31,221 nucleotides of DNA, taken from NCBI GenBank assembly GCA_900769375.1, contig CAAGGN010000124.1, forward strand, positions 1-31,221, read 5' to 3'. Below the pieces are notes generated by a model, which was given only the letters and a program-made list of their open reading frames with translations, was not told the DNA's origin and did no database searches. The translations under genes and the position numbers were made by a program. Of the stretch, positions 1 to 8,749 are shown in pieces; position 1 is the first letter of the stretch; each line of letters starts with the position of its first letter. This stretch comes from Clostridia bacterium (GTDB lineage: Bacteria; Bacillota; Clostridia; Oscillospirales; Acutalibacteraceae).

Positions 1-257
1 CGGTTCGGTGAATGTTTACTATGTATAGATTTCACCAAAAGGAACCGACACTATACGGAGTGAATCATGTGTACTATCTGTTCTGCACTATTCATAAAGC
101 ACCTCTTACACAAGGGAGGCTTTGGTGCGGTGTGTAACTGTTAGACAAATTCTTATTTATCGAACTGATTATACCATAAAACAGAAAAGAATTAAAGAAT
201 TTATTTGTAACTTTATTCAACATCTTTCCTATATGTTTGGTTGGTCAGAAGGAACTA

Positions 258-286
258 TTGCTTTTTTCGTCCTTTTGTGCTATACT
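258..286 (+). promoter_or_regulatory. Putative sigma-A promoter pointing toward the att-like region
   Basis: TTGCTT (258-263), 17-bp spacer, TG-c-TATACT extended -10 (281-286). Confidence 0.5.
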
Positions 287-350
287 ATCTACATCAAAGG
301 TTTTTGCATCGAAAAAGGGCAAAAATCGAAAAAATTGGTGAAAATGTAAA

Positions 351-390
351 ATGCTCAAAAAACCTTATATATCAAGGGTTTTTGGGCATC
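351..390. repeat. Imperfect inverted repeat next to the putative attachment site
   Basis: ATGCTCAAAAAACCTT-atatatc-AAGGGTTTTTGGGCAT; a related copy AAAGGTTTTTGCATC lies at 296-310. Confidence 0.6.
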
Positions 391-409
391 TTTTTGATTT
401 GGTAAGATT

Positions 410-499
410 GGTGAAGCACTCGGCGTTACAACCGATAAATTAAACTCTAAAAACTTCTACGCATGTAACCCGTCATTTGACAAAAACTGCGGAAAATAA
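410..499 (+). pseudogene. Start-less gene 3'-end fragment, copy 1 (GEALGVTTDKLNSKNFYACNPSFDKNCGK*)
   Basis: 25/29 aa identical to copy 2 at 663-752; in-frame TGA at 395-397 and no canonical start codon. Confidence 0.75.
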
Positions 500-602
500 A
501 AAAGACCTATCGCAAGGAAGCTACGGCGGCAACACGCCCTCGCTATTAACGATAAATCCTTTAAAGTGGAGCAGGTCGGAACAATGACCACGTCAGCCAC
601 CG
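497..602 (-). ncRNA. Candidate structured small RNA (two hairpins, then a U-tract)
   Basis: Lies downstream of a perfect minus-strand promoter; hairpins at 566-600 and 504-558, the latter with G-U pairs that form only on the minus strand; followed by a U-run. Confidence 0.55.
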
Positions 603-607
603 ATAAA

Positions 608-636
608 ATTATAAATTAAAATATTTTGTTTGTCAA
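608..636 (-). promoter_or_regulatory. Consensus sigma-A promoter
   Basis: Minus strand TTGACA (636-631), 17 bp, TATAAT (613-608). Confidence 0.8.
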
Positions 637-662
637 TGTGTTAATTTTGAATTGATAATTTC

Positions 663-752
663 GGTGAAGCGTTGCGCCGCACCACCGACCGACTTGACAG
701 TAAGAATTTCTATGCTTGCAACCCAAGCTTTGACAAAAACTGCGGGAAATAA
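663..752 (+). pseudogene. Start-less gene 3'-end fragment, copy 2 (GEALRRTTDRLDSKNFYACNPSFDKNCGK*)
   Basis: Repeat of 410-499 at 253-bp offset; in-frame TGA at 648-650; followed by a REP and a terminator. Confidence 0.75.
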
Positions 753-755
753 CAA

Positions 756-780
756 AGGGGCGGGGTAACCCCGCCCCTAC
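756..780 (-). repeat. GTAG-family REP palindrome
   Basis: Minus strand GTAGGGGCGGGGTTACCCCGCCCCT: GTAG plus a GC-rich hairpin; related copies at 4725 and 16536-16609. Confidence 0.7.
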
Positions 781-800
781 ACAGAATAATAATCACAGCA

Positions 801-829
801 AAAAGCAGATGGTTTTCCATCTGCTTTTT
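801..829. terminator. Rho-independent terminator
   Basis: AAAAGCAGATGG-tttt-CCATCTGCTTTTT perfect stem with A/T tails. Confidence 0.8.
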
Positions 830-893
830 ATATTGCAAAAAATCTCGTTTTATGGTACAATGCGCTTTGTATGAATATTACTTGGAGGCGGTT

Positions 894-2273
894 ATGTTTA
901 AACGGCTTATCGGGGACAGGCAATTCTATAAAAAAGTTTTTGCCTTGGCTATCCCCATTATGATACAAAACGGAATTACAAATTTCGTTAATATGCTTGA
1001 TAATATAATGGTTGGACGCTTAAGCTCGGTAGAGATGGCGGGTGTTACTATCGCAAACCAGCTCATTTTCGTCTTTAACCTTTGTATTTTCGGCGCTCTT
1101 GCGGGAGCGGGTATTTTCGGTACCCAATTTTTCGGCAAAAAGGATAGCGAAGGCGTTCGTTTCACCTTCCGCTTTAAGATAATTTTAGCCCTTATTTTGA
1201 CCGCTCTCGGCGTTTGCGTTTTATACTTTTGCGGCGACGGGCTTATAAACCTATATCTTAAGGGCGAAGGAAATGCCGAGGATATTACCTCCGCTTTTAC
1301 CTACTCAAAGGATTATCTTAACATTATGCTCATCGGTTTCCTGCCCTTTGCTCTTTCTCAGTGCTTCGGCAGTACTCTTCGCGAATCCGATCAGCCGATT
1401 ATTCCAATGGTTGCGGGAATTATTGCGGTGCTCGTTAACCTAACGGGCAACTATATCCTTATTTTCGGTCACTTCGGCGCGCCCCGTATGGGCGTTAACG
1501 GCGCGGCCGTGGCCACCGTGGCCTCCCGTTATGTCGAACTGATTATCGTGGCTCTTTGGACGGTTGCCAAAAAGGTTCAGAATCCCTTTATTATCGGCGC
1601 CTTCAGAAGCTTATACGTACCTTTTGATTTGGTTGGAAAAATCATCAAGAAAGGACTCCCCCTTCTTCTCAACGAGGCCCTATGGTCCATGGGTATGGCA
1701 ACCCTTACCCAGTGTTATTCAGAGAGGGGTATTGATGTAGTAAGCGCCACCAGCATCAGCCAAACCTTCTTTAATCTTTTCGGCGTTTGCTTCTTAGCCA
1801 TCGGTGTTGCCGTAGGCATAATTTTGGGGCAAATGCTGGGCGCAGGTAAAACGGAAGAAGCTTTAGAATCCAGCTATAAGCTTATCGCATTTTCGGTGCT
1901 TGTCGGCATAATTACGGGCGCCTTATACGCCCTTGCAGCCGCCTTTATCCCCTCTTTTTATAACGTAAATGAAAACGTGCGCCATATCGCTACGGTTTTA
2001 ATGCAAATTTCCGCTCTCGTTTTCCCCCTCGATGCCTTTGCTCACGCTTCATATTTCACCCTTCGTTCGGGGGGCAAGGCCTTCATCACCTTTATATTTG
2101 ACAGCGGCTTCGTTTGGATTATAAGCGTGCCTGTCGCATTTATACTAAGCCGTTATACCGCTCTGCCTATTGCGCCGCTTTTTGCTATCTGTAACGGACT
2201 TAATATTTTAAAATGCATAGCCGGTTTTATATTTGTCAAGAGCGGTATCTGGGTTAAAAATATTGTCAATTGA
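894..2273 (+). CDS. MATE family efflux transporter
   Basis: About 12 TM helices; ALAIPIMIQN, MLDNIMVGRL, GVNGAAVAT and LGQMLGAG MATE-type motifs; GGAGG before ATG 894. Confidence 0.92.
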   Translation: MFKRLIGDRQFYKKVFALAIPIMIQNGITNFVNMLDNIMVGRLSSVEMAGVTIANQLIFVFNLCIFGALAGAGIFGTQFFGKKDSEGVRFTFRFKIILALILTALGVCVLYFCGDGLINLYLKGEGNAEDITSAFTYSKDYLNIMLIGFLPFALSQCFGSTLRESDQPIIPMVAGIIAVLVNLTGNYILIFGHFGAPRMGVNGAAVATVASRYVELIIVALWTVAKKVQNPFIIGAFRSLYVPFDLVGKIIKKGLPLLLNEALWSMGMATLTQCYSERGIDVVSATSISQTFFNLFGVCFLAIGVAVGIILGQMLGAGKTEEALESSYKLIAFSVLVGIITGALYALAAAFIPSFYNVNENVRHIATVLMQISALVFPLDAFAHASYFTLRSGGKAFITFIFDSGFVWIISVPVAFILSRYTALPIAPLFAICNGLNILKCIAGFIFVKSGIWVKNIVN

Positions 2274-2298
2274 CATCTATACTAATTAGTGATATTAT
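2270..2298 (+). promoter_or_regulatory. Putative sigma-A promoter for the wzd-wze pair
   Basis: TTGACA (2270-2275), 17 bp, TG-a-TATTAT (2293-2298). Confidence 0.6.
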
Positions 2299-2334
2299 TT
2301 ATATGTTAATGCAAATTTGAAAGGCGGCAAAACA

Positions 2335-3051
2335 ATGGCCATCGAAGCGAAGGACGAGCTCCTTACTCTTGATTTAAAATCCCTGCTTAAAGAAATCACC
2401 CGTAATTGGGTGACTATTGTTGCAATTTTCCTCGTATGCCTTTTAAGTGTTTTTGTTTACAGTCAGTTTCTCTCAACCCCTAAATATTCCTCTTCCGCTA
2501 CTATTTACGCTGTAAATCAGGACGACACTAAGATAAGTACCAGTGAACTTGCCATTTCAAACTATCTTACCAAGGACTGCTGCGAGCTTATTATGTCCCG
2601 CACCGTGCTTGAAGAGGTTATTTCAAACCTTAATCTCAATACCACCTATGAGGGCATCAAAAACAAGATAACCGTTTCCAACAGTGAGGATACCCGTTTT
2701 ATAAACGTTAAAGTAACCATCGACGATCCCGAACAGGCCCGCCTTATTGCAGACGGCATCTGCGAGGTTTCGAAGGAGAAAATAATCGAGCTTTTGGGTG
2801 TTGACTGGGTTAAGATTACCGCCAACGCAAATCTTCCCCAAAAACCCTCTACCCCTTCGGGCGCTACTTATATGTTCTACGGCTTTGCGGCTGCAGTAAT
2901 TATTTCTGCGGGCTTCGTGCTTTTATCCTTCTATCGCAACGATAAAATAATAAGCGCCGAGGACGTTGAGAAATCCTTAGGCATTTGCACCCTTGCCGTA
3001 ATCCCCTATAACCGCGGCAAATCCAAGCCCTATTACTCAAAGAAACGGTGA
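2335..3051 (+). CDS. Polysaccharide co-polymerase / BY-kinase activator (Wzd/CpsC/EpsA-like)
   Basis: Two TM helices, TPKYSSSATI, SRTVLEEVI, Pro-rich PQKPSTP before TM2, C-terminal EDVEKSLGICTLAVIP activator tail. Confidence 0.9.
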   Translation: MAIEAKDELLTLDLKSLLKEITRNWVTIVAIFLVCLLSVFVYSQFLSTPKYSSSATIYAVNQDDTKISTSELAISNYLTKDCCELIMSRTVLEEVISNLNLNTTYEGIKNKITVSNSEDTRFINVKVTIDDPEQARLIADGICEVSKEKIIELLGVDWVKITANANLPQKPSTPSGATYMFYGFAAAVIISAGFVLLSFYRNDKIISAEDVEKSLGICTLAVIPYNRGKSKPYYSKKR

Positions 3052-3776
3052 CAGATATGGAAAATGAGATCTTAAATAATAAACCTCTGGACACTGCAAG
3101 TCCCGACAAGAAAAAGGTTTCCTTCAACACCGCATCCTCTAAGGATTACGTTTCAAACGAGGCCTTTAAAGCCCTTCGCACCAATCTTCTTTTTAGTGGA
3201 AGCGACGTTAAAACAGTTCTCGTAACCAGCTCAAATGAGGACGAAGGAAAATCCACCATATCCACCGAGCTTTCCAAAAGCTTGGCCGATGCGGGCAAGA
3301 AAACCCTCTTTATCGATGCGGATATGAGAAAATCCGTTATTCTTAAAAACAATGATTCCGTCAAGGGCCTTTCCGAGCTTTTGCTTGATATGTGTTCGGT
3401 TGAGGACGTTATTTTCACAACCCAAAACGAGAACTTTGACGTTATGTTCTCCGGTCACTTCCCTCCTAATCCCGTAGAAATTTTAGGCGGCGAAAAGCTG
3501 GGGATTTTGCTTAATAACCTTAAAGAAAAATATGATTATATCATTCTTGATACCCCTCCCGTTGGTATGGTAATTGATGCCGCGGTTATTGCTTCTCACT
3601 GTGACGGCGCCCTTTTAATCATCGCCTCCAGAAAGACCTCTCGCAAAGCAGCCAAGGAGGCCAAGGAGCAAATCGAGCGAAGCGGTTGCCGTATTTTAGG
3701 CGCCGTTATCAACGAGGTCGATAAGTCAAGCTCCTCCTACGGAAACAAGTATTATAAAGCAAAACAGTATATTTAA
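3048..3776 (+). CDS. Bacterial tyrosine kinase (Wze/CpsD/CapB/EpsB-like)
   Basis: EAFKALRTNL, Walker A EGKST, A' IDADMR, B IILDTPP, Tyr-rich C-terminus; start is GTG 3048 or ATG 3057. Confidence 0.93.
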   Translation: MTDMENEILNNKPLDTASPDKKKVSFNTASSKDYVSNEAFKALRTNLLFSGSDVKTVLVTSSNEDEGKSTISTELSKSLADAGKKTLFIDADMRKSVILKNNDSVKGLSELLLDMCSVEDVIFTTQNENFDVMFSGHFPPNPVEILGGEKLGILLNNLKEKYDYIILDTPPVGMVIDAAVIASHCDGALLIIASRKTSRKAAKEAKEQIERSGCRILGAVINEVDKSSSSYGNKYYKAKQYI

Positions 3777-3779
3777 TTC

Positions 3780-3809
3780 AAAAACGGACCCTCGGGTCCG
3801 TTTTCTTTT
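3780..3809 (+). terminator. Rho-independent terminator
   Basis: AAAACGGACC-ctcg-GGTCCGTTTT followed by a T-rich tail. Confidence 0.8.
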
Positions 3810-3916
3810 ATGTAAAGTGAGAAATTTTAATTTTTTAAAAATGTAAAGCCAAATACATTGATTTTAATTAAATTTCAGTATATAATAATAACATACTAAA
3901 CATTGGAGGAATTTTT

Positions 3917-4627
3917 GTGAAATTCATTAAAGTAAACTCTTATGAAGAATTAAGCGCCAAAGCGGCCGAAATCATCGGAGACGTTGTTAAAAATAATCCT
4001 AAATGCGTTTTAGGTCTTGCTACCGGTTCTTCCCCCGTTGGCACCTATAAAAAGCTTATCGAAGCCAACAAAAACGGCGAACTTGATTTTTCTTGTGTTA
4101 CCTCTGTTAATCTTGACGAATATGTTGGTCTTACCCCCGATAACGACCAGAGCTACCGCTATTTTATGCAGGATAATCTCTTCAATCATATAAATATTAA
4201 GCGGGAAAATACCTTCGTTCCCGACGGTTGCGCCAAAGATACCGCAGCAGAGTGCAAGGCATACGATGAGAACATTGAGCGTCTCGGCGGCATTGATATT
4301 CAGCTTTTAGGTATCGGTCTTGACGGTCACATCGGCTTTAACGAGCCCGATAAGGTATTCATTAAACCCACCCATGAAGTAGAACTTCACCCCTCCACCA
4401 TTGAGGCAAACGCAAGATTCTTCGAGGATGAATCAATGGTTCCCCGCAAGGCAGTTACCATGGGTATGGGCGCAATTATGGGCGCTAAAAAGGTGCTTTT
4501 AATTGCCAACGGTAAGGGTAAAGAGGATATTGTTAATAAATCCTTCTTCGGCGATATAACCCCCGAAGTTCCCGCATCTATCCTTCAGCTTCACCCCGAC
4601 CTTACGGTTATCTATTCCGAAAACTAA
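3917..4627 (+). CDS. nagB: Glucosamine-6-phosphate deaminase
   Basis: LGLATGSSP, NLDEYVGL, LLGIGLDGHIGFNEP, VPASILQLH motifs; GGAGG RBS. Confidence 0.96.
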   Translation: MKFIKVNSYEELSAKAAEIIGDVVKNNPKCVLGLATGSSPVGTYKKLIEANKNGELDFSCVTSVNLDEYVGLTPDNDQSYRYFMQDNLFNHINIKRENTFVPDGCAKDTAAECKAYDENIERLGGIDIQLLGIGLDGHIGFNEPDKVFIKPTHEVELHPSTIEANARFFEDESMVPRKAVTMGMGAIMGAKKVLLIANGKGKEDIVNKSFFGDITPEVPASILQLHPDLTVIYSEN

Positions 4628-4636
4628 ACAATATAT

Positions 4637-4675
4637 AAAAACAAGGTGTGCGAAAATCCGCACACCTTGTTTTTT
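4637..4675. terminator. Bidirectional terminator between nagB and rpiB
   Basis: AAAAACAAGGTGTGCG-loop-CGCACACCTTGTTTTT. Confidence 0.85.
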
Positions 4676-4724
4676 GGTTATGGTTACCTTTCATTTCGTT
4701 TTTCAAAATCTATATTTTCTTATT

Positions 4725-4751
4725 GTAGGGGAGGGTCTCTGCGCCCTCCCG
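4725..4751 (+). repeat. GTAG-family REP palindrome
   Basis: GTAGGGGAGGGtctctgcgCCCTCCCG. Confidence 0.65.
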
Positions 4752-4768
4752 TTAGTTTTATATTATAA

Positions 4769-5212
4769 TTATAATTCCCCGTTTTCTATTGCGGTTATAA
4801 GGTCGATTCTCGATTGGTGACGGCCGCCCTCAAACTCAGCGCCTAAAAATTCATCCACCAAGGTTTCAGCGGTTTTTATATCTACAACCCTTGCACCGAA
4901 AGCGAGGATATTGGCATTATTATGCTGTCTTGTGAGTCGGGCGGAATAGGGCTCTGAGCAAACGGCGGCGCGGATGCCCTTAACCTTATTAGCGGCAAGA
5001 GAAATTCCTATTCCCGTTCCGCAGATAAGGATTCCCAAGTCACAGTCACCCTTTACTATTGAATCGGCAACCATTTTGCCGTAACGGGGATAGTCGCAGC
5101 TATCGGTGGTATCAGTGCCGAAGTTCACTACCTCGTAGCCCTTATCCTCAATATATTTCTTTATATGGTTTTTCATTTCCACTGCAGAGTGGTCGTTTCC
5201 AATAGCGATTTT
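4769..5212 (-). CDS. rpiB: Ribose-5-phosphate isomerase B
   Basis: MKIAIGNDH, ICGTGIGIS, ANKVKGIRAA, HNNANIL, FEGGRH. Confidence 0.96.
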   Translation of the reverse strand, partial: KIAIGNDHSAVEMKNHIKKYIEDKGYEVVNFGTDTTDSCDYPRYGKMVADSIVKGDCDLGILICGTGIGISLAANKVKGIRAAVCSEPYSARLTRQHNNANILAFGARVVDIKTAETLVDEFLGAEFEGGRHQSRIDLITAIENGEL

Positions 5213-5226
5213 CATAATCTTTCTCC

Positions 5227-6207
5227 TCAAAACTTTGAAATTTGCTTTTCGTTAAATCCGAAAAGTTTATCGGCAAACCAAACCTCTTTTACCTTAAAGC
5301 ATTTGCCGTTAAGATAGTTGAGAATTCCGCCATCCGTATCAAAACAGAAGCGCAAACTATATGAATAAAGGGCTTGTTTATCAAAGCCAAACTTTTTATC
5401 CTCCGAGAGTTTGCCGTATTTGCCGTCGCCCAAAAGGGCATGACCTATGGATGCCATATGGGCTCTGATTTGGTGGGTTCTGCCTGTTAGTAGTTCAATT
5501 TCCAGAAGGGAAAGGTTATTCTTAGAGGCGAGGACCTTATATCTCGTTCTTATGGTAAGGTTATTATCGGTCTTTTTATTAGATAAATAAACCTTATTTT
5601 TGCTCTCATTTTTTTCGAGATACCCTTCTAAAGTTGCGGTTTTTGCCTTCGGTACGCCGTGAACTACGGCAAGATAACGCTTATCTATCTCCCTATCCTT
5701 TATTTTTTCACAGAGAATTCGCAACGCTTCCGCATTTTTGGCGGCAATTACTATGCCCCCCGTGTTTCTATCGATTCGGTTGGCAAGAGATGGCTTAAAA
5801 CTATTCTCTGCTTTGGGGTCATACTCGCCCTTATCATAAAGATAGTGCCGAATTCTGCCGATAAGCGTATCCCGATATTCCTTTTCGTCAGGGTGAACTA
5901 TAATTCCTTGGGGCTTATCCACAAGGATTATATTCTCATCCTCATAAACTATATTAAGCTTTGCGGGGGAACTTAAAAAATCGTATTTCGGAGCTACGGA
6001 AACGAAAAATTCATCATTTATATAGCAGTCCACTATATCCCCAATATTAAGTCGGGTGGAAATCTCCGCCCTTTTGCCGTTAACCTTAATTCTTTTGGTT
6101 CGAATATATTTATACATAAGCCCTTGAGGCAGAACAGGACACGCCTTTGATATAAACTTATCAAGGCGTTGATTGGCATCGTTTTTTTCTACCGTAAAGC
6201 TTTTCAT
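5227..6207 (-). CDS. RluA-family 23S rRNA pseudouridine synthase with S4 domain (RluC/RluD-like)
   Basis: QRLDKF S4 start, VDKPQG, NRIDRNTGG catalytic Asp motif, TGRTHQIRAH, GDGKYG. Confidence 0.93.
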   Translation of the reverse strand: MKSFTVEKNDANQRLDKFISKACPVLPQGLMYKYIRTKRIKVNGKRAEISTRLNIGDIVDCYINDEFFVSVAPKYDFLSSPAKLNIVYEDENIILVDKPQGIIVHPDEKEYRDTLIGRIRHYLYDKGEYDPKAENSFKPSLANRIDRNTGGIVIAAKNAEALRILCEKIKDREIDKRYLAVVHGVPKAKTATLEGYLEKNESKNKVYLSNKKTDNNLTIRTRYKVLASKNNLSLLEIELLTGRTHQIRAHMASIGHALLGDGKYGKLSEDKKFGFDKQALYSYSLRFCFDTDGGILNYLNGKCFKVKEVWFADKLFGFNEKQISKF

Positions 6208-6358
6208 AAAATTCACCCACAAAATTATACCAATAATATTATTTTAAGTCAAGTACAGCGAAAATCAAATAATCTTTTTGCGAAAATTATAGACATATCT
6301 TAATTCATTATATATAATATGTAACAAGGACAAGTTAAAAAATCAGAAGGTGATTTTT

Positions 6359-8710
6359 ATGGGAAATAAAATTAACTTTGATAACGATTGGTTATTCCAC
6401 CGCGGAGAAATCGAAAGCGATACCCCTCTTTATAAGGGATATATGTATATGTCCGCAAAGACCGAGCGAGGAGTATTGGGTCCCGCTTCCAAAAATTATC
6501 CTCTTGAAAGAGGAAACGCCATTCGAAATCATTGTTATAGCGCAGACCGCTTTATAAGCGTAACTCTGCCCCACGATTATCTTGCGGGGGATATACCCGA
6601 TAAGAAATATAATGAAGCAAGAGGTTTTGTTAACTACGAAAGCGCTTGGTATGTAAAGCGTTTTAACCTTGAGAAATCTGATGAGGGAAACCGCATAACC
6701 CTTTATTTTGAGGGAATTTCAGGCGAGTGCGAAATTTATCTTAACGGTTGCCTTATAAAAAGAAATTTCTGCGGTTATGTAAGTTTCGAGGTTGATATAA
6801 CCGATGTTGCTCTATATGGTGCGCAGAATGTTCTGAGCATACATATTGACCCTCATCGCAACGAGGGTTGGTGGTATGAGGGCGCAGGTATAACCCGCCA
6901 TGTTTGGCTCAATATCAACAATCCCGTGTCGGTCGACCTTTGGGGTGTTTTCGCAAAACCCAAGAAGTTAAACGAAAACGAGTGGGAAGTCGAAACTACC
7001 GCCGATATACGAAACGATTATTATACGGATACCGATGTTGAAATTAAATCATATATTAGTACCTTTGATGGCAAGGTGGTTGCCACCGCGTACGCTTCGG
7101 GAAAAATAGAAAAGCGCAGTGTTAAAACATTTCTTTATACCTTTAATGTGAATAACCCTGAACTTTGGTCCCCCGATAGCCCCACCCAATATAAACTTGT
7201 AACCACCTGCTTTAAGAATGGGGAACAAACCGATGAAAATACCGTGCTTTTCGGTTTCAGAACCTTTATTTGCGACGCTGATAACGGACTTTTCATAAAC
7301 GGAAAGCATTATAAAATCAAGGGTGTTTGCGCCCACGCCGACTGCGGTTTTACAGGCAAGGCAATGCCCGATAATATCCACCGCTACCGCGTAGAACTCC
7401 TTAAGGAAATGGGTGCCAACGGTTTTAGAACAAGCCACTATCCCCACGCGGAAGTTTTTATGGATGAACTTGATAAAAATGGATTTATCGTTCTTGATGA
7501 AACCCGTTGGTTTGATTCTTCCGAGGAAAGCAAAGAAAATCTTAAAATGCTAATAAAACGCGACCGCAACCGCCCATCTGTATTTTTCTGGTGCATAGGC
7601 AACGAAGAGCCCATAACCGATGATGACAGAGGCGTAAGAATCGCCAAAAACCTCGTGAATTTCGTTCATTCTCTTGATGATACCCGCCCCGTTACCTTTG
7701 CAGCAAGTCATATTCCCGCCACCGATACCTTCTTTGAATCCCTTGATGTTATAGGTATTAACTATTCTCTTAATAGATTTGATGAGATACACTCTCGAAA
7801 CCCGGAAAAGCCATTTATGTCTACCGAATGTTGCGCCCTCTCGACTACAAGAGGCGAATATTGGAACGATAATGCTTCAAAGGGCTACCGCACATCCTAC
7901 GATGCATCCCAAGCCGATAATATTATCAACAGTGGCTTTTCTTCAAGAGAAGGCACTTGGAAATGCTTTATGGAGAGAGATTGGGTGATGGGCGGCTACC
8001 AATGGAACGCTTTTGAATATAGAGGCGAAGCCGAAAATTCATGGCCGAGAAACTACTCGCAAAGCGGCTCTATTGACGCGTTTTTACAGAAAAAAGATGT
8101 GTTCTATCAAAATAAATCCCACTGGTCCAAGAGTCCAATGGTGCACATTTTACCCCATTGGAATTTTAAAGGGCTTGAGGGAACTGAAATCAAGGTTGGC
8201 ATTTATACCAACACCGAAAAGGTAGAACTTTATCTTAACGGAAAACTTATTTTAAGTGAAGAAACCAAACCCTTTACCGCCATTTATAAAAATATTCCCT
8301 TTGAAGCGGGTACGCTTCTTTGCAAGGGCTATATAGGCGGTGTTCAGGTTGCCGAGGATAAGCAGATTACCTCGGGCAACCCTTACCGTTTAAAACTTGT
8401 TCAGGATACCATGGATATAGAAGCAAACGGCAAGGATATATGCATTGTTTCTTGCTTTGTTGAAGATGAAAAGGGAAATCCCGTTCCCGATGCCTCTCCC
8501 CTTGTTAACTTCGAAACATTGGGTGACTGCTTCGTTTATTCAACGGGAAGCGATATTTCGGAAACCGATACAATCTTCAAATCCGAAAGGAAAATGAGGG
8601 CAGGCAGAATCGGTATTGCCGTTAAACTCGGTGAATCCCCCGATAACCTTAAACTTATTGCTTCTGCCGACGAACTTCTTTCCGCCGCAATAGAAATCAA
8701 AGTTAAATAG
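6359..8710 (+). CDS. Glycoside hydrolase family 2 (beta-galactosidase-like), probably cytoplasmic
   Basis: VTLPHD, LKEMGANGFRTSHYP, RDRNRPSVFFWCIGNE (acid/base), STEC (likely nucleophile), HILPHWN; no signal peptide visible. Confidence 0.9.
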   Translation: MGNKINFDNDWLFHRGEIESDTPLYKGYMYMSAKTERGVLGPASKNYPLERGNAIRNHCYSADRFISVTLPHDYLAGDIPDKKYNEARGFVNYESAWYVKRFNLEKSDEGNRITLYFEGISGECEIYLNGCLIKRNFCGYVSFEVDITDVALYGAQNVLSIHIDPHRNEGWWYEGAGITRHVWLNINNPVSVDLWGVFAKPKKLNENEWEVETTADIRNDYYTDTDVEIKSYISTFDGKVVATAYASGKIEKRSVKTFLYTFNVNNPELWSPDSPTQYKLVTTCFKNGEQTDENTVLFGFRTFICDADNGLFINGKHYKIKGVCAHADCGFTGKAMPDNIHRYRVELLKEMGANGFRTSHYPHAEVFMDELDKNGFIVLDETRWFDSSEESKENLKMLIKRDRNRPSVFFWCIGNEEPITDDDRGVRIAKNLVNFVHSLDDTRPVTFAASHIPATDTFFESLDVIGINYSLNRFDEIHSRNPEKPFMSTECCALSTTRGEYWNDNASKGYRTSYDASQADNIINSGFSSREGTWKCFMERDWVMGGYQWNAFEYRGEAENSWPRNYSQSGSIDAFLQKKDVFYQNKSHWSKSPMVHILPHWNFKGLEGTEIKVGIYTNTEKVELYLNGKLILSEETKPFTAIYKNIPFEAGTLLCKGYIGGVQVAEDKQITSGNPYRLKLVQDTMDIEANGKDICIVSCFVEDEKGNPVPDASPLVNFETLGDCFVYSTGSDISETDTIFKSERKMRAGRIGIAVKLGESPDNLKLIASADELLSAAIEIKVK

Positions 8711-8711
8711 T

Positions 8712-8743
8712 AAAAAAGAACCTTTCACTTGAAAGGTTCTTTT
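8712..8743. terminator. Bidirectional terminator between the GH2 gene and thiT
   Basis: AAAAGAACCTTTCA-ct-TGAAAGGTTCTTTT. Confidence 0.85.
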
Positions 8744-8749
8744 CTTATT

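Noticed and set aside
122..349. 75-aa ORF in the track
   Set aside because: No recognisable motif, AT-rich, and spans two predicted promoters
458..592. About 44-codon GTG ORF on the minus strand over the sRNA candidate
   Set aside because: No RBS, runs through the U-tract terminator and lies antisense to the gene-end fragment
410..752. Diversity-generating retroelement TR/VR pair
   Set aside because: Differences are mostly synonymous and involve non-adenine positions in both copies (CTC/TTG, TCT/AGT, GTT/CGC); no reverse transcriptase in the window
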